DNA of 64,000 nucleotides, from the IMG/VR virus record IMGVR_UViG_3300025010_000004, positions 32,001-96,000 of that record; one strand, written 5' to 3'. The DNA comes from a virus. Each line of letters starts with the position of its first letter. The first letter of the stretch is position 1. The notes under the pieces are model-generated. The model made no database searches. It worked only from the letters and a program-made list of their open reading frames with translations, and was not told the origin of the DNA. Shown here piece by piece: positions 9,475 to 19,247 of this stretch. The translations under genes were made by a program, and so were the position numbers.

Positions 9475-10827
9475 TCACCCCCAACTGCACTCGCTTTTGT
9501 CAAATCTTTCCCTAACAAAAACGCAATGTCTCATGTTATTATCCGCCGTAATCTCTTTGTATATGACTTCAACAATAACCCCCACCATTTTCCCGCGTTT
9601 ATGCCTTAGCCACATATCAAGACCAAGATCATCACCCCACCCACCCATTACTTTACCGGAGATGGTTCCATCTCCTACAAGCATGGTTCCTAGTGAGCCT
9701 TCGTTCTTCGTGCCTTTGGTTCCTTCAAAGCAATCTTCAACTCTAAGATCGGCGGTGTAGAATTCTTTAACTTTTATGTTAGAGTAGCTACGTTTAAACT
9801 GGTAAACATCTTCCTTATCTTTTACCATTATACCTTCTTCATTAGCAGCAACAGCTTCCTTGAACATTCTAACAATATCCTCTTTGTTGTATGCCAGCCT
9901 AGTCACTGACATTTGTATGCTTGGCAAGGGCCTGTCTAGTCTTTCGAATAACCCTGTCAGCTCAGTCTTCCTATACTTAAGAGGCTTGCATGTGCCATTA
10001 GTACCTTGTGTAAGAAAATAGTCATAGTCAATTATATCCCATACCTTGTAGCCCAAGCAGTCACGCATCTCTTTGTCGGGATAGGTTCCTTGTTTGGATT
10101 TAGCCATAGACAGCCCCTGAGCAAACTGCCAATTTTTACCGGCGTCGTAGTTCTTTTTTGCAGTTTTGCAGTTAGGGTTGTATTTAATACCTATCGCCTC
10201 ACCGTCAAGAACAAACTTAGTTCCGGGGCGGAGTTGCATAATCTGAGGAATAAGGTGATCTAGTGTAAGTATTTCAAGACCTTCTCTAGAAAAGAATCGA
10301 ACAGTCTCTCCGTCGCATATCGCAATTACCCTGAAACCGTCGAACTTAATCTCAACTATAGCCGGATATTTAACTTTATCCCAATGCTGTTCTCCAGATT
10401 TAGGCTCAACCATAGGATGGGCCAGCATAACATCAAACACAGGAATTAGATTAGGAAAGGCTTTATTTATAGTGCTGGAGCTTACTCCGGCTTTAAGATC
10501 ACGTTTGATTACTTTCGCTACCCACTCAGCTGATTCTTTAGTGCATTTAGCTAAGAGGCGTTTAATCATACCTCTAGCCTCTGTTGGGGTAGTTGTGTGC
10601 TTGGCTAACAGATCAAGCAGAAGGAAAAGCTCCTGTGATATGTCAGGCTGCACTACGTTGTACGCCACAGGCTCGTCCAACTGCTGAACTCTATACGTCA
10701 AGTAAGGATTGTAGGTGTACCAGAGAAGCTTCTTTAGCGTCTCAGTTTCGTTCTTCCTTAATATTTCTTCTTTTCCATTCTTTGAGGCTTCTTTTGCCAG
10801 CAAAGATAATGTATTAAATTCTTTCAT
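9475..10827 (-). CDS. ATP-dependent DNA ligase
   Basis: Motif I EIKFDGFR, LDGEA, WDI, EEGIMVK, C-terminal OB domain. Confidence 0.95.
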   Translation of the reverse strand: MKEFNTLSLLAKEASKNGKEEILRKNETETLKKLLWYTYNPYLTYRVQQLDEPVAYNVVQPDISQELFLLLDLLAKHTTTPTEARGMIKRLLAKCTKESAEWVAKVIKRDLKAGVSSSTINKAFPNLIPVFDVMLAHPMVEPKSGEQHWDKVKYPAIVEIKFDGFRVIAICDGETVRFFSREGLEILTLDHLIPQIMQLRPGTKFVLDGEAIGIKYNPNCKTAKKNYDAGKNWQFAQGLSMAKSKQGTYPDKEMRDCLGYKVWDIIDYDYFLTQGTNGTCKPLKYRKTELTGLFERLDRPLPSIQMSVTRLAYNKEDIVRMFKEAVAANEEGIMVKDKEDVYQFKRSYSNIKVKEFYTADLRVEDCFEGTKGTKNEGSLGTMLVGDGTISGKVMGGWGDDLGLDMWLRHKRGKMVGVIVEVIYKEITADNNMRHCVFVRERFDKSECSWG

Positions 10828-11177
10828 TATTTCTCCTTGAAGTACTCGTTGTATTGCTCAACTGCTTCTTTTATGGCTGGCCAGAACTCTTGTGGTATAG
10901 GGTACTCTACGCGCTTATCCCAATCTGAGATTCCATTAACGTATAGCTCTGCTCCGTTACTACGCTCAATGAAATGGTCTAGAGGGCCTTCCAGTTCCTC
11001 GTCATAAGGAGAGTCTATTCCATCAGATACTAAATCTATAACCCCCTTATACGTGGCACAAGAGAACCTACTAATACCGTCACCAAAAGTAGCCCCTATA
11101 TTAGTTTGCTCCAGCACTGTAACATAGGCCAGGTTTTTGTCATCAGACAGCCTAGCCCTAACCTTTAAATGCTTCAT
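10827..11177 (-). CDS. EQTH-family paralog 2
   Basis: KHLK...VLEQTN...FG...WPAIKEAVEQYNEYF. Confidence 0.8.
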   Translation of the reverse strand: MKHLKVRARLSDDKNLAYVTVLEQTNIGATFGDGISRFSCATYKGVIDLVSDGIDSPYDEELEGPLDHFIERSNGAELYVNGISDWDKRVEYPIPQEFWPAIKEAVEQYNEYFKEK

Positions 11178-11311
11178 CTATCACCTCTTGTGCCGTAATT
11201 AGGATTGATGATTGTGGCTACGCATCTAGGGCAATGCAATACCCGACATACGGTGCAATCATCTTTATTGAAGCTAGTTTCCTTACCGCAGCAAGGGCAT
11301 TTAATAGTCAC
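11174..11311 (-). CDS. small Cys-rich protein (start revised to GTG 11311)
   Basis: AAGGAGG-like RBS between the palindrome and GTG; CPCC...CTVC...CPRC. Confidence 0.55.
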   Translation of the reverse strand: MTIKCPCCGKETSFNKDDCTVCRVLHCPRCVATIINPNYGTRGDR

Positions 11312-11339
11312 TTTACACCTCCTAAAGGTAGAATATGTT

Positions 11340-11831
11340 CTACTTCTTAAATAAATTTCCGCAGCATTTAAGCTCTGGGCACACCCCGTTTCTGAACTCA
11401 CATTCCCTAACCATGTACTTGGGTAGGTAAGGGTCTACTAAAGCAACAGCTTCCTTAATAGCTTGCATCACTTCTTGTGTTTCTTTAGATGCTTGTCCGC
11501 ACAGCCTCTTTCGGGACATATTGATAAGTGCTTCGGCGTTAATTAACATTGAATGATTTATCTTAGTTAGTCGGTTAGCTAACTCACCGCCTCTATCTTC
11601 GCGGTTAGTGCCTACAAAATGCTCAACCCCAAATTTATGACGCACGAGATGAACGGAAATGAAGGTCATTATGTTCGTAATAGAACACCAGAACCACTGG
11701 GTCCGTATTGGGCTATGCATATTTCGATATATCTTATCTAGAGTCATTTTACTTTCTCTACCCCGCATGGTGGCAGAGCAAGCGGCTCTTAAAATTCGTT
11801 CGTCAGTCAACTTTGTAACTGTTACTTCCAT
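11340..11831 (-). CDS. thyX: flavin-dependent thymidylate synthase
   Basis: HSPIR, VHLVRH, NAEALINMSRKRLC, C-terminal CxxRxGxCPE. Confidence 0.85.
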   Translation of the reverse strand: MEVTVTKLTDERILRAACSATMRGRESKMTLDKIYRNMHSPIRTQWFWCSITNIMTFISVHLVRHKFGVEHFVGTNREDRGGELANRLTKINHSMLINAEALINMSRKRLCGQASKETQEVMQAIKEAVALVDPYLPKYMVRECEFRNGVCPELKCCGNLFKK

Positions 11832-12148
11832 GCAACAGCCTCTTCATTTTCTATAGAGGCTCCGCCGTCTTCAAGTTCCCCGGACCAATCAATTTGCGCG
11901 CGTATCCATTCCCTAAAATCCTTCGATAAAAACTCTCCCCAACGGTGGGACAGCATCGCTTTGGCCGTAATGTCATTACTGAACTTCCGCAACACAACAG
12001 GCAACTCCTCCACCAGTTCATCGAACATAAAATCTCTACTGTTTACGTAGCCGGTTTGTCGTTTGTAGTCAACGTAATCCAACACGCTGAAAGACGGAGG
12101 TGACGGGAATCCTACGTGTATTAGTGCTTTGACTTCAACTTCTTTCAT
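11822..12148 (-). CDS. hypothetical protein
   Basis: ORF track. Confidence 0.55.
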   Translation of the reverse strand: MKEVEVKALIHVGFPSPPSFSVLDYVDYKRQTGYVNSRDFMFDELVEELPVVLRKFSNDITAKAMLSHRWGEFLSKDFREWIRAQIDWSGELEDGGASIENEEAVAWK

Positions 12149-12326
12149 GGGCTACCTCCTTGGCTTTTTGGTTATCTCTAGCTAAGGAAAGTAGCAAGTC
12201 TCTGATAACGGTTGATCGGTTGACCTTCTGTGGGGTGAAAGATTTCTTTTTAGCTTCTTCCACCAGTTCGTCAAGCAGAGTGATTTCAGGTGGATAAAGA
12301 GACAGGCTTATTAGTTTGTGGGCCAT
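12135..12326 (-). CDS. ribbon-helix-helix (CopG-like) DNA-binding protein
   Basis: ISLSL beta strand, LLDEL helix, NRSTVIRDLL helix; start revised to ATG 12326 after AAGGAGG. Confidence 0.65.
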   Translation of the reverse strand: MAHKLISLSLYPPEITLLDELVEEAKKKSFTPQKVNRSTVIRDLLLSLARDNQKAKEVAHERS

Positions 12327-12351
12327 TGGCACCTCCTTGGTTAATTTTTGT

Positions 12352-12380
12352 ATTATATCACAAAATATCAACCAAGTCAA
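12352..12380 (-). promoter_or_regulatory. sigma-70 promoter
   Basis: TTGACT-17-TATAAT with TG. Confidence 0.8.
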
Positions 12381-12733
12381 GCATAAAATGCGTTATATGC
12401 TAAAATGGCGTCCTTTATTTGTGGCCAGGCTTTTACGGGTATTCTTAAAACGAAGGTGTCACGTTCTAGGTCATCATGTCCTTTTAGAAAAACAAGGTAA
12501 CGAGCCGGTGAGGCGAACTTTACCCCTCTAGAGTAGGTTTCAAGTTTGCCTAAATCTACAAACTCCATAAAACTCCATGATAGTAGCACTACTTCGCCAT
12601 ACTGGAAGTACGATGCATACGTGGCGCCTTTTGTAGCAAAATCTGCCCCTATGTGACTCTGCTCTACTATTCTTAACTCAGCTACATTAGTGTTTTTTTC
12701 AAGAATAGAAGCAACAACCTTTATATGTTTCAT
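12377..12733 (-). CDS. EQTH-family paralog 3
   Basis: KHIK...IVEQSH...LKG...WPQIKDAILAYN. Confidence 0.8.
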   Translation of the reverse strand: MKHIKVVASILEKNTNVAELRIVEQSHIGADFATKGATYASYFQYGEVVLLSWSFMEFVDLGKLETYSRGVKFASPARYLVFLKGHDDLERDTFVLRIPVKAWPQIKDAILAYNAFYA

Positions 12734-12736
12734 AAG

Positions 12737-13033
12737 TCACTCCTTGAAGTGTTCGTTGTATGCCAGTACGGCTTCTTTAAATCTAGCGTACTCGCCAATA
12801 GGAAGTAGTATGGGGTTTAGGTCACTTGCTCTTTGCCTTCCGCGCACCCATACCTGGTTGTCACGGCCTTTACAAGGAAGCACAGAACTGCTTAGCACAC
12901 ACCCATTGTGGATAAAGTCCCTGTTTTCTGTGCCAAACTCCTCCTCAATGTGAGTCTGTTCAGTTATTACTACACTAACCTCTTTGTACGAGGGCGGAAT
13001 TAATTCCGCCCTATACTTGATATGCTTGTACAT
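12737..13033 (-). CDS. EQTH-family paralog 4
   Basis: KHIK...ITEQTH...VRG...FKEAVLAYNEHF. Confidence 0.85.
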   Translation of the reverse strand: MYKHIKYRAELIPPSYKEVSVVITEQTHIEEEFGTENRDFIHNGCVLSSSVLPCKGRDNQVWVRGRQRASDLNPILLPIGEYARFKEAVLAYNEHFKE

Positions 13034-13035
13034 AC

Positions 13036-13770
13036 CTATACTCCTTTTAGAAGCTTCAATGATTTTCCAAGGTTCCTGTTGCCTATATACGGGCGAACAT
13101 ACTGGCTAAAGAACTTGCTGTGCTTGGCCTGTTCTTTTATTTCAGGCGGCATTTTCAAGAACTCCAGTTTGATGGCCCTACGTATGCACTTGGCTCTATC
13201 CAAACTGGTTGTGCCACTGAATATAGCCCATTTGTGCAATAGCACTGGAGGGTCTATGTTTGGAGGACGCCGCTCACATGTACCGTCAGTTTTAACATAT
13301 ACAGAATCAAGCAGCCTCGGCTCCATTTCGGTATAGAGTTCACGGGTCTTAATGAACTCAACAGACTGGTCCTTCGTATTGTATTTAACTATTGGGTAGT
13401 CGTACAAATACGGAGTTATCCTTTTAACTATGGTTTCTGCCTTGTTCATTATGTCCCTCGGCACAACCTTGTATGCCTCCAGCCAGAACACATAAACACT
13501 ATCCCCTTCTACGTACCCTACATTAGCAGGTTTGTAAATGAGTTTTTCCTTCATTTCCTCAAATATCTGCCGCTTCTCCAGACATAAATCTCTATGCCAC
13601 ATGTAGTTTACTGCTGTTGCCAGCTCTCGCTTTACGGCCATATCGTATGCCAGCTGGTAGAAATTTATAGCACCGGCAAAATTAAGCTCCTTCTCCGCTT
13701 CTTTCCCTTTAAGGAAATATACGCGAGATGGGCTTATTCTAAATAGTTTATCTTCTTCTGCTTTTGTCAT
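13036..13770 (-). CDS. protein resembling the non-catalytic domain of DNA phosphorothioation-associated putative methyltransferases
   Basis: VG.V.G..VYV, IVKY, EP.L..S, DPPVLLHK; similarity recalled from memory, not searched. Confidence 0.4.
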   Translation of the reverse strand: MTKAEEDKLFRISPSRVYFLKGKEAEKELNFAGAINFYQLAYDMAVKRELATAVNYMWHRDLCLEKRQIFEEMKEKLIYKPANVGYVEGDSVYVFWLEAYKVVPRDIMNKAETIVKRITPYLYDYPIVKYNTKDQSVEFIKTRELYTEMEPRLLDSVYVKTDGTCERRPPNIDPPVLLHKWAIFSGTTSLDRAKCIRRAIKLEFLKMPPEIKEQAKHSKFFSQYVRPYIGNRNLGKSLKLLKGV

Positions 13771-13805
13771 TGTATCTCCTTCACCTATAGTAGGCTTCTT
13801 AGAAT

Positions 13806-14351
13806 TTACATACTATCTTTGTACAGATCACCTTTGTAAGCAATGTCCAGCATGATAGTAACAAGCATCCTCTCGTCAGGATACTCCTTTACCAGACGTT
13901 CTTCTAGGGTTCCTTCGGACAAACGTTTCGGCCTGTGCCTAGTCATAGATGCGTCTATGTAGTCAGCTATAGCCACTAGTATAGATATATCAAATAGTTT
14001 CTTAATCGTAGGAAAAGAAAACTCTCTGGGTATATCTCTAACATCTATTCCATACCCTCCACCGGATATCATCCTGTGATGCATACCTGAGCATAGCCCT
14101 GTAAATAGCATTCGCTTCTTTAGCTCTAAGTACCCACCTATAGCATGACCTTTAATTAACTCGTACTCTTCCTTAGTTATTTCCCTGTCAGAAAACAGTT
14201 CGTCAGGAAGTTTAAATTTGCCGGTGTCATGGAACAGCCCAGCTAGGAAAGCTGCGTGATGATCTTTTCCAGTCTCTCTCGCAGCTTCCCTAGCAAGTCT
14301 AGCTACACGTACTTCATGTGCAATTATACCGTCAGCACAGGCCTTGTCCAA
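13806..14351 (-). CDS. HD-GYP-like phosphohydrolase
   Basis: HEVRVA, LFHDTGK, HAIGG, HH...GGGYG, IADYIDA. Confidence 0.8.
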   Translation of the reverse strand: MDKACADGIIAHEVRVARLAREAARETGKDHHAAFLAGLFHDTGKFKLPDELFSDREITKEEYELIKGHAIGGYLELKKRMLFTGLCSGMHHRMISGGGYGIDVRDIPREFSFPTIKKLFDISILVAIADYIDASMTRHRPKRLSEGTLEERLVKEYPDERMLVTIMLDIAYKGDLYKDSM

Positions 14352-14365
14352 AATAAGCCTCCTTG

Positions 14366-14905
14366 TTAGAAAAAATCGTCTAATACGTACATGTCGTACT
14401 GCGGTGCTGCTTTTTTCTTTTTGACCTTTTCTGCAGCCGGAGGCTTACTAACAGAAGCCTCAACCTTTTCCTTCTTCTCAGGTTTAGGTTGCACCGCAGA
14501 TTCTTTTTTTGCTCTATCAGGGTCCACATGTTCCACGCCTATAACTATAATAGGCGCATCTTTATCTGGAATCTTAACCCAAGGAAGCTCCTTTAAGCTA
14601 CGACCTATTACGTCAGACCTAGCTCCAGCTAGCAGCCTACCAGCCTCACTCAACGCCTCGGTCTTTGTGGCGGCTGGTAGATATGTCTCCACTACGCCAC
14701 AGCCAAGCGCAGATATTACTGTTCTGTAGGCATTCTGTATGTTGCGGTAGTAGTCTTCATTAAGCCCCAGATATCCTCCGTCAACGTCGCACATAACCCG
14801 GCCCCCGTGGCCAGATATACGCCCTACAATGTAGTCGCGGTATTCTTTACCCCCGCGGTGGAAACCAACAGGCTTCGTAGTTATAACCAAATCGCCGTTT
14901 GCCAT
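14366..14905 (-). CDS. hypothetical protein with Lys/Pro linker and LDDFF C-terminus
   Basis: ORF track. Confidence 0.6.
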   Translation of the reverse strand: MANGDLVITTKPVGFHRGGKEYRDYIVGRISGHGGRVMCDVDGGYLGLNEDYYRNIQNAYRTVISALGCGVVETYLPAATKTEALSEAGRLLAGARSDVIGRSLKELPWVKIPDKDAPIIVIGVEHVDPDRAKKESAVQPKPEKKEKVEASVSKPPAAEKVKKKKAAPQYDMYVLDDFF

Positions 14906-16125
14906 TACTTATCGTCCTCCTTGGTTGATTTTGTTTCTTCCGTTACAGTAACAGGATCGCCCTCTTTGCCGACATGGAAGGGGTCTTTTGTATCTGTAGT
15001 TTTGGTCTCACCTATAAGTTTGAAATACACTTCGATCTGCTTGTGTATCTCATCGTCAGCGTCAAGGTAAACGTCACGAAGATATTTTAAATCTTCGTCG
15101 GTTAGTAGCTCCATAAGTCCGTTCATTATCTCGCCGCAAGTGTCATCGCAGTCACTCCACTGGTAGCCGCAAGACATACAGAACCCTCCCTGCGTAACGA
15201 ACTTAAGCGCAAGATCTATGGTTGACCGTCCTACGGAGTCAATCCATAAAGTATCCGAACTCTGCGTAGTAGTCGTAGTCGTAGGGAGGTTGTTCTTTTT
15301 TCCGTTGTCAGTCCCTTTATACTCATACGGCTTGTAGTTGTTGACATACTTCACCTTAGCAGTAGCCGGGTATAGCTTGTCGATAGGAGCCTTAAGCATG
15401 CCCATCACCCTGCCTATGGTCATGTACATTTCGTCAATGTGCATGTACTCATTTGCTGAATGCTGCTGGTAGTATCCGATTGACAAGTTTACCGCAGGAA
15501 TCAAATACTCTTCCTGCAGATCAGCAATGTCAGAGTACGAGCCGTGGCTGCTCCTGAACCCGAAACTTTCAACGTAATTTATAACTTCGGTTGGTAACTT
15601 AGTTCCGTAAGTAACCCAATCATTACAGCCTTGGCGGTCCATTTCAACAAACAATCTGGTGTTCCTGTTGTCGTACTTCTTGAACACTTCAGTTGCAACG
15701 AACACCCGCACGCCTTTGCCTCCGCTTTCTTCGCCGTTTGTAAGAATGACGCTAGGCATCGGGAGCTTTTCTTTTCGGCATCTTCGCACAAGGTCGATGC
15801 AAGCAAAAACACCAGCGCGATCATCTCCACCAAGAACGCCTGTGGAATTTCGAAGAACGTTCCTGTTCTGCACAAGATTGTAGACCTTTCCTGCATGGAA
15901 TTCATGACGAGGTTTTTCACCCACTTGGAGTTGCGGGTCGCGAACGGTGTCCATGTGAGCAACTATGCATATCGGGCTGTCGCCAACTGCGTACACGAAG
16001 TTATCGCTGTGTATGTATACGTTTTTATATTCACTGCCTAAGAATTTTGTAGCAGCGGTTACTACTTCAAGTGTTGTCATGCTCAGAACTTCCTGAACGG
16101 TACTCATCAGCTTTGTAGGCTTCAT
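14905..16125 (-). CDS. M20/M28-family Zn peptidase
   Basis: AHMDTV, LGGDDRAG, GEESG, EMDRQG, GSYSDI, NLSIGYYQQH. Confidence 0.85.
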   Translation of the reverse strand: MKPTKLMSTVQEVLSMTTLEVVTAATKFLGSEYKNVYIHSDNFVYAVGDSPICIVAHMDTVRDPQLQVGEKPRHEFHAGKVYNLVQNRNVLRNSTGVLGGDDRAGVFACIDLVRRCRKEKLPMPSVILTNGEESGGKGVRVFVATEVFKKYDNRNTRLFVEMDRQGCNDWVTYGTKLPTEVINYVESFGFRSSHGSYSDIADLQEEYLIPAVNLSIGYYQQHSANEYMHIDEMYMTIGRVMGMLKAPIDKLYPATAKVKYVNNYKPYEYKGTDNGKKNNLPTTTTTTQSSDTLWIDSVGRSTIDLALKFVTQGGFCMSCGYQWSDCDDTCGEIMNGLMELLTDEDLKYLRDVYLDADDEIHKQIEVYFKLIGETKTTDTKDPFHVGKEGDPVTVTEETKSTKEDDK

Positions 16126-16180
16126 ATGAAATATCCTCCTTGTGTATTGCTAGGTTGAAGTAGAACTTGTTCTACCCTTG

Positions 16181-17761
16181 TTACCCTACCTCTTCCGTGA
16201 AGTCCTCCCACCCAGCCGGAAGATCGGCGTAGCGAGGCTTGACCTTAGCGCCTACCTCTTTACCTTTGCGCTTGGCGTCGCATGCCGTACAAAGTTCTTC
16301 CCCATCAGCTCTGTACTTATTGTGGTACATTTCTCCACAATCTTGGCACTTGAACGCAACACCCCCAAGACAGTTATTGCAAACCCTGCCGACGTATTTG
16401 TGGTAAGTTACGTTATCCGTTAGATGGTACAGGCCACACACAGAACAATGCATAAACTTAGGTACGCATTCACCGCACACTTTACCGACACCGGCAAGCT
16501 CTTTTAGTTTACGTGTGTCTTCTTTAAGGCCACAATGTGAGCACAAAGTAAAGTGTTTTTTGTCGCATGCTGTACAAACGTTTCTGCCTTTAATAACAGT
16601 AACATTTCCTTTTTCGTGCCACTCACCACAATACGAGCAGTTACTGTACTTAGCATCAGTGCAGCGCTTGCATATAAGCTGGTTATGTACAGTGTTCATG
16701 GTGTCCATGTTATGGCGCTCTCCGCACACTTCACACGTTCCCCTAGCCTTACCGTAGTGGCCTCGGCAGGTTCCGCCTTGTTTGTATGTGGTTGTAATTC
16801 CACACTCAAGGCACATAGCTGGGGCAAACTGTAAAACTGGCATTTCGTACGCCACCTTAGCCGGGTAAGAAAGATCTATCCCATAGTTGTCAAAATAGAG
16901 TGCTGCGGTGTAGTGGTGATCTTCTGCCGTTGCGTACTTAATTTTACCAGGCGTAAAAGTAATACCGTGCTTAGTAAGGAATTCATTTTCAATCCCAAAT
17001 TTTGCCGATACCTTTTCTTCAAGGAATGCTCTGGCGGCATCACGCTCAAACCCGAAATATGCACCATAAGATTTTGGCTGCACGATGTACCCTTTGTCCG
17101 TAATAGCCATCCAGGTTCTTCCGAGCTTGTATATCTCGGCGTCTGTCATTTTAGCCGTCTCCTTAGCTATAAATGAGATCAGCGATATGCCGTCAGAGGC
17201 GTAGGCAATGTTTCCGTTGTAGTTTTCATGCCCAAAACTGTGGCACGAGCTAAAGGCGGCGTTGTCGGAAGCTGTAAGAAAATCTAGCAGATTGGTAGAA
17301 ACTACGAGCTTCCTGCCAGATTTTATAACGTCTCCTAGCCTCGGCAGAAACTGCTTGCGGTTACTGAGCTTAAGTTCAGGGGCGCAATATTCGATTATCT
17401 CGTCATTGTCCTCAAGCTGCTTGGCAAGAATTTTAGATATCTTACCCGGCTGGCCTTTCATAATAATCTCATTTTTAACCAGAGATATAGTAGAAAGGTC
17501 AATCTGATTACCCTTTTGCACAGCCTGATGCAGTAGATGCGCAACAACAGAGTAAGCAACAGGGTAATCCTTCCGCAGCATCTGTTCAGATTTGACCATA
17601 GGGATCTCAACGCGAAACATGTTGTCTTCGTTAAGCCCAACCATAGCGTCGATTTCAGCCTTAGCCTTGCGCATTGTGGCATACACTTTGTCAAGCGCGC
17701 CTGTAGGAATCCTGCGCTTTCGCAAAACCAATTCAATAGTTTTCAGCATTTCTTTGTTCAT
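16181..17761 (-). CDS. large protein with SSCH-motif domain and tandem CxxC Zn-ribbon repeats
   Basis: DFLTASDNAAFSSCH; more than ten CxxC pairs in the C-terminal third. Confidence 0.7.
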   Translation of the reverse strand: MNKEMLKTIELVLRKRRIPTGALDKVYATMRKAKAEIDAMVGLNEDNMFRVEIPMVKSEQMLRKDYPVAYSVVAHLLHQAVQKGNQIDLSTISLVKNEIIMKGQPGKISKILAKQLEDNDEIIEYCAPELKLSNRKQFLPRLGDVIKSGRKLVVSTNLLDFLTASDNAAFSSCHSFGHENYNGNIAYASDGISLISFIAKETAKMTDAEIYKLGRTWMAITDKGYIVQPKSYGAYFGFERDAARAFLEEKVSAKFGIENEFLTKHGITFTPGKIKYATAEDHHYTAALYFDNYGIDLSYPAKVAYEMPVLQFAPAMCLECGITTTYKQGGTCRGHYGKARGTCEVCGERHNMDTMNTVHNQLICKRCTDAKYSNCSYCGEWHEKGNVTVIKGRNVCTACDKKHFTLCSHCGLKEDTRKLKELAGVGKVCGECVPKFMHCSVCGLYHLTDNVTYHKYVGRVCNNCLGGVAFKCQDCGEMYHNKYRADGEELCTACDAKRKGKEVGAKVKPRYADLPAGWEDFTEEVG

Positions 17762-17782
17762 TAAGGCCCTCCTTGCCGTTTT

Positions 17783-17971
17783 TTATTTCTTCTGAGCTGC
17801 CTCGATAAGCTTGGTAAGCTTTGCTCTCTCCTTCTTTGCACCTACACCTGCACCCAACCGCTTATCCAGCCGGTCGATTTGCTGCTGCGGCGTAAGAAGG
17901 CCCCTCTGTTCGGCCCTAACCTGGGCGTCTTTACGTCTCTGGTCTTTTCTTTCAGGTGAATTAACAATCAT
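17783..17971 (-). CDS. small basic helical protein
   Basis: Strong RBS; TPQQQIDRLDKRLG.G.GAKKER. Confidence 0.65.
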   Translation of the reverse strand: MIVNSPERKDQRRKDAQVRAEQRGLLTPQQQIDRLDKRLGAGVGAKKERAKLTKLIEAAQKK

Positions 17972-18007
17972 GGTAGACCTCCTTGTGCTTGGTAGTGTTT
18001 CGTTTGG

Positions 18008-18433
18008 TTACTTCCACCCCTTCTCTTCAAGTAGCCGTCTGAAGCGCGCTGCTTGTTCTTTTGCTTCAATAACTAGCTTGGCTTCTTCTACTTCCCGCGC
18101 AGCAATCGCTTCGTCGGTAAAGTAGGTGTTGTACTTTTTTACTGCTATTTTTAGCTTCTTCCAGCCATCTGCGTGAATAACACAGGACCTAGACGGATGC
18201 CCTACTGGTGCGTTTAGTAAGTCTCTAGACAGCACCCTAAACTCAGCACCAGTAGTTGGGCCTGGTCGGCCATACGAAGAGCTGGCAAGTCTGAACTTTG
18301 TAGTAGATATAAATCTTCGACTTTTATCTCCGAAATCTACGTAAGCGTGCGTCTGCTCCAGTATAGTTACTCTACAAAGTTCGAAATTATGCTCCGGGAG
18401 TAATTCTCCTTTAATCTTAATGTGCTTTGCCAT
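18008..18433 (-). CDS. EQTH-family paralog 5
   Basis: KHIK...ILEQTH...FG...AVKKYNTYF plus a helical tail. Confidence 0.85.
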   Translation of the reverse strand: MAKHIKIKGELLPEHNFELCRVTILEQTHAYVDFGDKSRRFISTTKFRLASSSYGRPGPTTGAEFRVLSRDLLNAPVGHPSRSCVIHADGWKKLKIAVKKYNTYFTDEAIAAREVEEAKLVIEAKEQAARFRRLLEEKGWK

Positions 18434-18493
18434 GAACCTCCCTTCTTAGAATAGGCTGCGCTTAATAAGCGCAGCCTTTACTCATCCGTAGTA

Positions 18494-18838
18494 TTACCCG
18501 ATAATTACCGTGCATACATCCGCTTTTTTCGGAGCCGGTGCAGGCACACATGCGAAGTACTTGTTATAGGCTTCGACAGCGGCTTTGAATTTGGCGTAGG
18601 TGGTTATGGGCATGGTGAGGGTGTAGTTGTTGCGGTAGGCGTTGTGGCCGCGAACAAAAACTTTATTGGCACCATCTACCTCAGGGTAAGCTGCGCTAGC
18701 AATGGTAAACCCACAGTGGGTAAACCTATCACTGCAGTCCCCGAAGTTGCTGTTAATATGAGTTTGCGAAAGGATCTGAACTTTTACAGTCTGGAAATCA
18801 GGAGCCACCGGGGTTACTTTACACGTAATTTTTTTCAT
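18494..18838 (-). CDS. EQTH-family paralog 6 with DVCTVIIG tail
   Basis: ILSQTH...VRG...AAVEAYNKYF-APAPKK-ADVCTVIIG. Confidence 0.85.
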   Translation of the reverse strand: MKKITCKVTPVAPDFQTVKVQILSQTHINSNFGDCSDRFTHCGFTIASAAYPEVDGANKVFVRGHNAYRNNYTLTMPITTYAKFKAAVEAYNKYFACVPAPAPKKADVCTVIIG

Positions 18839-18896
18839 TAATTTTCCTCCTTGGAATGTTGTGGGGCCGCTTAGGCGGCCCCTGTGTGAAATAGAA

Positions 18897-19247
18897 TTAG
18901 CCGACGATTACAGCACACGCATCAGCTTTGGGAGCCGGTGGAGCACAGACAGCGTTTACACGGTTGTACTCTTTGACCGCCTCAACAACTTTCGCCCACA
19001 GCTTTTTGCCAACAACGACGGTGTTTCCGTTTTTGGCAGCGTCGGACCCACGGAGCCAGATGGTGTTATTGTCATCTTTGTCACGGGCGGGGTGCTTGTT
19101 GGAACCGAGGACGATTCCGTTGGAAGCGCGGAACTTGTTGCTGTAGCCCTTACCGAAGGCGTATCCGGTGTGGGTCTGCTCGGTAACATTAAACATGACC
19201 TTATTGTAGTTCGGGTTCACCACGGCCTGAAGTATAACTTTTTTCAT
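18897..19247 (-). CDS. EQTH-family paralog 7 with DACAVIVG tail
   Basis: VTEQTH...WLRG...EAVKEYN-APPAPK-ADACAVIVG. Confidence 0.85.
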   Translation of the reverse strand: MKKVILQAVVNPNYNKVMFNVTEQTHTGYAFGKGYSNKFRASNGIVLGSNKHPARDKDDNNTIWLRGSDAAKNGNTVVVGKKLWAKVVEAVKEYNRVNAVCAPPAPKADACAVIVG

